Origin: an uncultured Bacilli bacterium
GTDB taxonomy: Bacteria; Bacillota_I; Bacilli_A; RFN20; CAG-449
Direction of reading: 5' to 3'
DNA length: 52,641 bases
NCBI GenBank assembly: GCA_947627505.1
Contig: CANQWG010000005.1
Coordinates: 1-52,641 of the forward strand
The notes under the pieces were generated by a model. The model was not told the DNA's origin. It worked only from the letters and a program-made list of their open reading frames with translations, and ran no database searches. Both the position numbers and the translations under genes were made by a program. Shown here piece after piece: positions 46,101-52,641 of the stretch. Every line of letters starts with the position of its first letter. The first letter of the stretch is position 1.

Positions 46101-47691
46101 CCACTTGATCAGGGGTTAAATATTCGGATTCTTCAGCCCCGCCGATTTGACGAAGGAAGTGAATAAATTTGTCAATTCCAAAACTGTGGATTAAATCTAC
46201 GTAAGCGTAGAGTTTGCTTTCACCGAATTCTTCAAAAGTGCTCTTTTGTTGTGAAATGGATTTAAGATTGGAAAGATTGTAATAAGGATCGACGGCGCTT
46301 CCGCCACCGCTAGCTGATGCAGCATTATCACTACGGCTAGAAGCGATGTCGGTATAAGTTACATATGCCAAAATGTTCATCACATTATTTGTAATTTCCA
46401 TATAATTACTGCCGACTGTCCACGGGTTTCCAAGACCGGCTACACGGGGATATTGGAAATTGTGATTCATTTCGTGAATGACCCCCCAACAATTAGCGGT
46501 TGTAAACGTGGTTTCATAATCGAGAGTCGTAATTGCCCAACTTGAAGGACAAATCACAGCAAAAATACCGGGATATGCTAAAGCACTGCCACTAGGAATA
46601 TAACTATCATACATCATGATGACCGGTCTTATTTTTCCTTTTAATGTATCAAGACCCATCGCATAATTAGAAAGCATTGAAGCTTTATACCAAAATGTCA
46701 AGCTGCTATCTAATTCTTCAATGTTTTTAATGTAAAGTTTCGGCATCAAAAAATAAACATAAGGAGTTTCAATCCAAGCGTAAGGTGATGGTGCTTCCAA
46801 AATTTCTTTCCAATCTTCAGTTGTAGAAATACCATATTGATAACTAGGATTATCGACCCCGCCTGAGATAGTGATGTCAAAGTTGTGATCGATAGTTGCA
46901 GGGATATCTTTTAAGAATACCATGCCGCCTAATGGCGATCCGATTTTCGTAACAGGTTCAGTAATTGTGAATTCTTTGAAAAGGATAGGCATCCGATTTT
47001 GAGCAGATTGTAATTTTTGGAAAAATTTCTTTTCTATTGCGTGAACTGTATTTTCGCGATAAGGAAATCCGACAACGATAATTAATCGATGATCTTTGTC
47101 GGTTTTGTCGATAATGCTTTGATCGATGGTCACGGTAAGAATTTCTCCCGCCGGAGCAAAAACGCTTAAGGAGTGGCGTGAAGAAACCATGTGATTTATA
47201 GTAACTTTTTTAATAATACGTGGAGCGTCGTCATCGATTTTGCCATAAAATTGACCATCGGCAGAACGATGCTTTCCTAAGGTGCCATCTAATATTTTTG
47301 CATCTGTTTCTTCTAATATTTTTTCGTTTTCGATACGAATCTTACCTAAACTGGTCGCATTTAACGCTTCAACGGTATCAGGTGTGTCACCAGTTAAATC
47401 ACTGAAAGTTTGCGGATGATAAATAGAAGGATATTGATCCTCGGGAAATTCTCCAAAAACTTGCGGTGTATGACTTCTTTCTACTTCATCGATTATTATT
47501 TCGCTATCATAATTAGAAAAGAAGTGATTGTTGTTATCACGATTTTTTGTAGTATCTTGAATCTGATTATTGAGTATTTTATTAGATAAAAGGTTAGAAA
47601 AATTATTGCTTTTGAAAATATTAAAACTGACTATCAGTAAACATAGTGAAATAAATCCTACTAAGAATGAAGTTTTTTTGCCTTTTGTCAT
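43174..47691 (-). CDS. Membrane-anchored M60-like metallopeptidase with PA14-like, F5/8-type-C-like and Ig-like repeat domains
   Basis: Start MTKGKK with SD AGAAAGG; GVIHEMNH...EITNN zincin motif; four GVDYD..SNNI.AG.A repeats; C-terminal TM helix with basic tail. Confidence 0.85.
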   Translation of the reverse strand: MTKGKKTSFLVGFISLCLLIVSFNIFKSNNFSNLLSNKILNNQIQDTTKNRDNNNHFFSNYDSEIIIDEVERSHTPQVFGEFPEDQYPSIYHPQTFSDLTGDTPDTVEALNATSLGKIRIENEKILEETDAKILDGTLGKHRSADGQFYGKIDDDAPRIIKKVTINHMVSSRHSLSVFAPAGEILTVTIDQSIIDKTDKDHRLIIVVGFPYRENTVHAIEKKFFQKLQSAQNRMPILFKEFTITEPVTKIGSPLGGMVFLKDIPATIDHNFDITISGGVDNPSYQYGISTTEDWKEILEAPSPYAWIETPYVYFLMPKLYIKNIEELDSSLTFWYKASMLSNYAMGLDTLKGKIRPVIMMYDSYIPSGSALAYPGIFAVICPSSWAITTLDYETTFTTANCWGVIHEMNHNFQYPRVAGLGNPWTVGSNYMEITNNVMNILAYVTYTDIASSRSDNAASASGGGSAVDPYYNLSNLKSISQQKSTFEEFGESKLYAYVDLIHSFGIDKFIHFLRQIGGAEESEYLTPDQVVSASGASHNYTTTEDGFATFASQFFKYDMTDYFQDLWHFNLNQTTIAKIKDLNYPKYFSLQNVYALGEKNIETGRPYIFNRNQSEVTLDLKDKTLTSADHFEVASITNIKNGTLIKTSEGLYTFAPNDNYDDITFDVTYNAWFDGDETTYQKTLKVQLKFAVNKTVQAIEYSASNGYTVQQAIEQFANEEHKVKTYTTTSLSTNVTEGINLTYLSTKVIFDYKKKLTFMVYGDDATYIKINGQEAYCNQYINSYWDYGTAISLKENKIEIDVNPNEPILIEAYCLNSGGAGYIHVQYSEDKVNYSSILSSDCLNPNVSQQVIDDYLKDNSKPFFYDTQYDLESNLLKRMYPNNLDLTKKIQEVQCIDSQGRNIPGQNSDHFIKNLTDNNTGTWFTPNPSYNYSHYYIFDFGERVSISNVNIEFYDSSYAPSGYKYHIADNIDTTNISQSIANASNVFNRDNSAYGTKFSDQFELTNGRYLIIEITGPSANNRSSIREISVSQSLNTENVNIYGSSSEEFEYYNEWNPVKGNFINGLAQKTQAGEITFILEGKDLLLYFSQESASNDESYVLIDGQKYSITIDNTSSPSVFIAGLENKQHTVTIVAKNLVFDAALTTGQILEQDELQELNLSISDFVYNGQQWKPVISYNGVILQEGVDYILKSCENNISVGSASFSIEGKGFYKGVLDSTFEILPLELNSETVSLTIDENNVFSGTALTPNIEITTKIDNQEVILKNGIDYDVTFNNNVSAGKASYTIQFKGNFQGTITSYFNISQKELSSKDVTISVLDETSYTGQEITPNIEVKINDQSVTLINGVDYDIVFSNNISAGEASFTINFKGNYRGIINSTFTIAPKEVQLDSNLLSIEDQTYTGEAINPELEISITENDKKTDLVNGVDYDITYSNNIETGKATITIQFKGNYSGTKTLEFNIVNSNNNVETIVLISGVIAIIGIISILSAIIFVTKKKKSMSKN

Positions 47692-48057
47692 ACAAGTTTT
47701 CCTTTCTAATTTCAAAACAAATAAATTCATTTTGCATGAAATATATATCATATGGATAAAAATAACACAAGCGAAACGATTAGAAATTTTTTTTGCTAAA
47801 AATGTGATGAAATTTATCTGTTTGATAAAAGCTTTTAAACAAGGTAATTAAAGTAGTTTTATACCAAAAAAACGCCTTCAAATATAGATATTCATTTAAT
47901 TAAATAAAGACATTTAATCATGAGTGAATTGTAGTTTTGACCTCATATTTTTTTCTTTTTAAATTTGAAGTAGAACTGATAGAAAATTAATAATCTAAAT
48001 TTATAATATGTTAATCAATTCGTTCATATTATTTAAAGATGAAAGAAATGATCGTAT

Positions 48058-48576
48058 ATGAATAAAGTATCTTTAGTATTTATTCCGTTGCTGGTGATAT
48101 TAACTATCATATATGCAGCAATTAAAAAGAAAAATGCTTATGCTTCATTTTTGAATGGTACCAAAGAAGGATTGGGATTATTTGTGGAAGTTTTTCCGTC
48201 GGTAATGGCAATGTTACTTGCGGTAACGATGTTAGAAGCTTCGGGATTGATTACAGATATAAAAACTAGTTTAAAAACTCTATTCCCCGCGATAAATATG
48301 TTTGCGGATATTACACCGATGGTATTGTTTAGACCGATATCCGGTTCGGCTTCAATCGCCGTTTTAGATAATATATGTGCTGCCGGTGCCGATTCTTTTA
48401 CTTGCAAGATGGCTTCGACGATTCAAGGAAGCACAGACACGACGATTTATGTTCTATCGTTGTATTTTACAAGCGTTGGAATCACCAAATGGAAACATGC
48501 TTTGAAAGTTGGGCTTATGGCAGATGTGGTTGGGATCACTGTTGGTGTTATTTTGTCTTTACTATTCTTAAAATAA
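48058..48576 (+). CDS. spmB: Spore maturation protein B
   Basis: YASFLNGTKEG, RPISGSAS, ASTIQGSTDTTIYVLSLYFTSVGITK. Confidence 0.95.
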   Translation: MNKVSLVFIPLLVILTIIYAAIKKKNAYASFLNGTKEGLGLFVEVFPSVMAMLLAVTMLEASGLITDIKTSLKTLFPAINMFADITPMVLFRPISGSASIAVLDNICAAGADSFTCKMASTIQGSTDTTIYVLSLYFTSVGITKWKHALKVGLMADVVGITVGVILSLLFLK

Positions 48577-48683
48577 TTTTTTTTTATAAAATTTGAAAAA
48601 TAGTTTTGCATGCTGTTGTCTATGTGCTAATCATTTCAAATATTCTATTTATTTTAATTCCTTTTTTTGATAAACTGATTTGC

Positions 48684-49454
48684 ATGGAAGAAAAAATTAG
48701 ATTGCAAAAAAGAATTGCAGCAAGTGGTATTTGCTCAAGAAGAAAAGCGGAACTCTTGATTACCGCTAATAAAGTAAAAGTAAATAATGTCATTTGCAAT
48801 AAACTTGGTACTTTAGTTTCGCCTTTAGATTGCGTTGAAGTTGATGGAACAATCTTAACTAATGAAGAACAAGTTGTGTTTTTGTTCAATAAACCACTTG
48901 GTGTTTTATCAAGTGCAAAAGATGACCGTGGTCGTAAAGTAGTTACGGATTTTTTTAAAGAGTATCCTTATCGATTATTTCCGGTTGGGCGTCTTGATTA
49001 CAATACTTCTGGTGCTATTTTAATAACGAATGATGGTGAACTGGCAAACTTGATTATGCATCCCTCCTCACATTTAGAAAAAACTTATTTAGCGATAGTA
49101 AATGGACATTTTGATCAAGAGATGGCATTAAAAATGGAAAAGGGAATTCTTTTAAGCGATGGGATGACCGCTCCATGCAAAGTGAACATTATAAGAAATG
49201 GTTTAGAATCTAAAGTAGAAATTAGCATACATGAAGGAAGAAATCGTCAGGTGCGGAGAATGTTTGATTATTTTGGGTTAACTGTAAAATCTTTGACTCG
49301 CATTTCTATTGGATTCATCAAGCTTAACGATCTTAAAAGAGGAGCATATCGTAAATTGACAAATTCTGAAATTGAAATGTTAAAAAATTTGTGCTTGATT
49401 AATAAGAAGAAAAATATAATTCCAAAATATAAAGAAAAAAATTGCCAATCATAA
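48684..49454 (+). CDS. rluB: 23S rRNA pseudouridine synthase RluB
   Basis: S4 domain RLQKRIAASGICSRRKAE; FPVGRLDYNTSG; HEGRNRQVRRM; follows spmB as in Bacillus. Confidence 0.9.
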   Translation: MEEKIRLQKRIAASGICSRRKAELLITANKVKVNNVICNKLGTLVSPLDCVEVDGTILTNEEQVVFLFNKPLGVLSSAKDDRGRKVVTDFFKEYPYRLFPVGRLDYNTSGAILITNDGELANLIMHPSSHLEKTYLAIVNGHFDQEMALKMEKGILLSDGMTAPCKVNIIRNGLESKVEISIHEGRNRQVRRMFDYFGLTVKSLTRISIGFIKLNDLKRGAYRKLTNSEIEMLKNLCLINKKKNIIPKYKEKNCQS

Positions 49455-49492
49455 TAGTTGCATTTAAAAATAGGCAGTCATATAATATGGCT

Positions 49493-49600
49493 GTACTTCA
49501 GGGTTAGGTGAAATTCCTTACCGGCGGTAAACCCCGCGAGCAGTAATGCATGAACTAGTGAAATTCTAGTGGCGACAGTAAAGTCTGGATGAAAGAAGTC
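49493..49600 (+). ncRNA. FMN riboswitch (RFN element)
   Basis: CTTCAGGG..AGGTGAAATTCC..ACCGGCGGTAA..CCGCGA...GTGAAATTC....CGACAGTAAAGTCTGGATGAAAGAAG consensus. Confidence 0.95.
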
Positions 49601-49621
49601 ATAGTTTAAGTAACTATCTTA

Positions 49622-49654
49622 CCCTCTAAGTATATTGAGGGCTTTTTTATTTTT
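49622..49654 (+). terminator. Riboswitch attenuator terminator
   Basis: CCCTC...GAGGG hairpin plus T-run before ribU. Confidence 0.65.
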
Positions 49655-49679
49655 AAGCCCATATAGAAAGGAGTTTCGT

Positions 49680-50498
49680 ATGAGAAACAAAAAAGTAGCC
49701 TGGATAGTAAAAACGGCTGTTTTATCTGCAATAAGCGCTATCCTTTACATGTTTGTAAAGTTCCCGCTTCCAATGCTTTTCCCTTCGTTTTTAGATATCC
49801 AAATTTCTAATTTACCTGCCATTATCGCAGGATTCCTTTTAGGACCAACCGGTGGTGTTGCTGTGGTTGTTGTAAGAGCTTTGCTTAAAATTCTTACGAT
49901 TGGAACTTCTACAAGTTACGTAGGAGAATTAGCGGATCTTTTAATAGGCATTGCGGTCGTATTAACTTCTTCTTTGATTTACAAAAAATTCCATTCCAAA
50001 AAAGGGGCAATTGTCGGATTGGCACTTTCCTCACTCGCGTGGGTATTAGTGGCCATCATTACTAATTGGCTGATTTTAATCCCGTTCTATTTAGAATTTT
50101 TCTTTAAAGGTAATGTTCAAGGTTTAATTGCAATGTGTGCGATGATCCCTGGAATCAATGAATCAAATTATTTGATTCTTTACTTGTTGGTCGGGGTACT
50201 ACCATTTAATGCTTTATTATCAATCGTTTGTAACCTTATTACTTTCTTAGTCTATAAACGAACCCATTTTATGTTTAATGAAATAGAAGAAAGAACACTT
50301 GTGGCATCAAAATCTCATAATATGCTAATTGTTGGTCTATCGCTAGTAGCTTTGAACGCTCTTTTAATTATCGGTGTTGCCGTTTCTTCTAAATGGCCAA
50401 AAGAGTGGTATGAATGGGTTGGCCTTTTCATCATTTTGGCATTGGGATTAAGTTTATCTGTCACGGATCTTATCTTGTCCCTTAAGAAAAATAACTGA
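49680..50498 (+). CDS. ribU: ECF transporter S component, riboflavin
   Basis: KFPLP.LFPSFLDIQISNLPAII.GF.LGP, VGELAD, LPFN motifs; FMN riboswitch upstream. Confidence 0.88.
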   Translation: MRNKKVAWIVKTAVLSAISAILYMFVKFPLPMLFPSFLDIQISNLPAIIAGFLLGPTGGVAVVVVRALLKILTIGTSTSYVGELADLLIGIAVVLTSSLIYKKFHSKKGAIVGLALSSLAWVLVAIITNWLILIPFYLEFFFKGNVQGLIAMCAMIPGINESNYLILYLLVGVLPFNALLSIVCNLITFLVYKRTHFMFNEIEERTLVASKSHNMLIVGLSLVALNALLIIGVAVSSKWPKEWYEWVGLFIILALGLSLSVTDLILSLKKNN

Positions 50499-50664
50499 TA
50501 TTAAAAATTTTTAATATTAAAATAAAGATGCGTAAGTATGTAAAGAATAATTATTCTTAAAATAAAATGAAATCATACAAGTGCATCTTTTTTATTGATT
50601 GTTTGTTCTAATCTATAAATCTCTATCATAAATTCATCTTGAGGAACCTCAAGGAGGTAATATT

Positions 50665-52143
50665 ATGGACACATTACAGGTGTTAAGAGATATCGGATTA
50701 CGAAATAATGGAGATGTGTATTTAGGAGTTGTCGGTCCGGTTAGAGTAGGTAAATCAACTTTTATTAAACGCTTTATGGAGACAATAGTCATTGAAAATA
50801 TCACTGATGAAAGCGAAAAAAAGCGTGCTCTTGATGAACTTCCACAGTCAGGAGAAGGACGCACAATTATGACAATGGAACCAAAATTTGTTCCATCAAA
50901 TGCGGTTTCTATTGCAATTGATGAAAGTCTTTCAGTAAAGATTAGACTTATCGATTGTGTTGGTTTTATTATCGATAGTGCCAATGGGTATTTAGAAGAT
51001 GGTAAAATGAGAATGGTTAAAACCCCATGGTTTACAGAAACCATTCCTTTTGATGATGCGGCGCGTATCGGGACTCAAAAAGTAATTAAGGACCATTCGA
51101 CAATCGGTATTGTTGTAATTAGCGATGGAAGCATCAATGATTTTTCTAGAACAGATTATCTTGGAGCAGAACGCAAGGTTATTGAAGAAATGAAAGAAAT
51201 CGACAAGCCTTTCGTGATTGTCATGAACACCAAAACTCCAGGAAAAGAAGAAACTTTAGCATTAGCAAAAGAATTGGAAACTAATTACGGAGCACCAGTT
51301 ATAGCTTTGGATGTAATGTCAATGGGTCAAAAAGACGCAACTGAAATTTTAAAGGCGGCTCTATATCAATACCCGATCAGTGGCATTGAAATGGCCTTAC
51401 CGACTTGGGTAAGTTCTTTAGATGACGAACATTATATTAAAGTATCGATCAAACAATCGATCGATTTAGCGATGCGAGAAGCTAAAATTGTCAAAGACGT
51501 CGAAAAAATCAATGGTGTTTTAAAAGAAAACGAATACTTAACTGAAGTCAATTTACAAAATGTTGATACTGGGACCGGTATTGTCACTGTTCAATTAGAT
51601 GTGGACGAAGGATTGTACGATCAAGTTTTAAAAGAACTTGTCGGATGTGAAATAACTGACAAAGCCCAATTAATTGCGGTTTTAAGCGAGTATGTCAAAG
51701 CTAAAAAGGATTATGATCTTATAGGTTCGGCATTGAAGATGGCGGAAGGTACAGGCTATGGGTTTGCTTCCTCGCCTTTAGATAAGATGGTAATTGAAAA
51801 ACCGGAGATGATTAAGGTTAACGGAAGATATGGAATCAAGGTCAAAGCGACTTCACCTTCATATCACATTATTAAAGTTGATGTATCAACTTCTTTTGAA
51901 CCGGTTTTAGGAGCTAAAGATCAAGCGGAATACTTCTTAAATTATTTATTGGAAGCGTATGAAAAAAATGAAGCGGCTATTTTAGATTGCGAAATTTTTG
52001 GTCGCCAATTCAAAGATATTTTAAACGAAAGTATTTCTTCAAAACTTAATAGTTTACCGGAACCAGTTAAAGTAAAATTACAACAACTGATCAAAACTAT
52101 TTCAAATAAAGGTAAAGGAAATTTAATCGCTTTTGTATTTTGA
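50665..52143 (+). CDS. spoIVA: Stage IV sporulation protein A
   Basis: YLGVVGPVRVGKSTFIKRFM, DELPQSG.GRTIMT.EPKFVP, GTQKVIKDHSTIG. Confidence 0.97.
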   Translation: MDTLQVLRDIGLRNNGDVYLGVVGPVRVGKSTFIKRFMETIVIENITDESEKKRALDELPQSGEGRTIMTMEPKFVPSNAVSIAIDESLSVKIRLIDCVGFIIDSANGYLEDGKMRMVKTPWFTETIPFDDAARIGTQKVIKDHSTIGIVVISDGSINDFSRTDYLGAERKVIEEMKEIDKPFVIVMNTKTPGKEETLALAKELETNYGAPVIALDVMSMGQKDATEILKAALYQYPISGIEMALPTWVSSLDDEHYIKVSIKQSIDLAMREAKIVKDVEKINGVLKENEYLTEVNLQNVDTGTGIVTVQLDVDEGLYDQVLKELVGCEITDKAQLIAVLSEYVKAKKDYDLIGSALKMAEGTGYGFASSPLDKMVIEKPEMIKVNGRYGIKVKATSPSYHIIKVDVSTSFEPVLGAKDQAEYFLNYLLEAYEKNEAAILDCEIFGRQFKDILNESISSKLNSLPEPVKVKLQQLIKTISNKGKGNLIAFVF

Positions 52144-52198
52144 TGATAAGTTATAAGATGTAAGCGCTATCTTAATTTCTATATATTTCAAGAAAAGG

Positions 52199-52227
52199 TT
52201 GCAAAAAGTCCTAATTTATGGTATTAT
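52199..52227 (+). promoter_or_regulatory. SigA promoter of hup
   Basis: TTGCAA-17-TATTAT with TG extension. Confidence 0.65.
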
Positions 52228-52253
52228 TTGTACAATTCATTAGGAGGTTAGAA

Positions 52254-52529
52254 ATGAATAAAGCTGATTTAGTAGAAAAGGTTGCAGCTGAAGCTCGTTT
52301 AACGAAAAAAGATGCCCAATATGCAACCGAAGTTGTTTTCGAAAAAATTCTTGAAGCTCTCGTTGCTGGCGAAGAAGTGAAAATTGCTGGATTTGGTTCC
52401 TTTGTTGTCAAAGAACGTGCGGCAAGAGTCGGAATTAATCCAACTACCAAAGAAAAAATTGAGATTCCTGCGATGAAAGCTGTTGTCTTTAAGGCAGCCA
52501 AACCAGCTAAAGATAAAGTTAATGGCTAA
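52254..52529 (+). CDS. hup: DNA-binding protein HU
   Basis: MNKADLV...GFGSF...RAARVGINPTTKEKIEIPA; SD AGGAGGT. Confidence 0.96.
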   Translation: MNKADLVEKVAAEARLTKKDAQYATEVVFEKILEALVAGEEVKIAGFGSFVVKERAARVGINPTTKEKIEIPAMKAVVFKAAKPAKDKVNG

Positions 52530-52531
52530 TT

Positions 52532-52564
52532 AAAAAAGAACTTCTTTCAAAGAAGTTCTTTTTA
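52532..52564 (+). terminator. Intrinsic terminator after hup
   Basis: AAAAAGAACTTCTTT-c-AAAGAAGTTCTTTTT. Confidence 0.85.
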
Positions 52565-52641
52565 TTTTAACTAGGAAATTGTATTTTAATGAAAAAGACA
52601 AAAAAGGACACAAAGATGAGTTGCAAATATAAAAAATATTA

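Noticed and set aside
1-52641. Mycoplasma-type genetic code 4, and tRNA/rRNA genes
   Set aside because: Conserved genes are full length under code 11 and several end in TGA; no tRNA or rRNA signatures were seen

Overview
AT-rich chromosomal segment from a Bacilli/Firmicutes-type organism using genetic code 11. The many acidic lipoproteins and the M60 mucin-type peptidase suggest an uncultured gut lineage (inference). Core genes are trmD-rimM-khpA-rpsP (inverted relative to rplS, which has an L19 leader), HIT, PrsA-like lipoproteins, sufCDSUB-mnmG-rsmG-parA-parB, csoR-copA, rluB, an FMN riboswitch with ribU, and hup. Sporulation genes are two tiny YjcZ/SscA-type ORFs missing from the ORF track, dacB, spmA, spmB and spoIVA. 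Two accessory regions stand out. (1) At about 4.2-7.6 kb, small lipoprotein/XRE genes are separated by three co-oriented near-palindromic 11-6-11 dif/Xer-like sites (TCCGATAA-N6-TTATCGGA), next to a Bacillus-dif-like site; this is a candidate recombinase-driven cassette array. (2) A ~13.5 kb integrase-free island, bounded by an ~85 bp direct repeat of the spmA promoter/start, carries an ECF sigma, a putative anti-sigma, a Glu-variant S8 protease, an HTH protein, a holin-like membrane protein, a signal-peptide-less RHS toxin, three diversified lipoprotein immunity copies and an internally deleted RHS remnant. The ancestral dacB-spmA-spmB operon is split by these and other insertions. All calls come from reading the sequence; no database searches were run.
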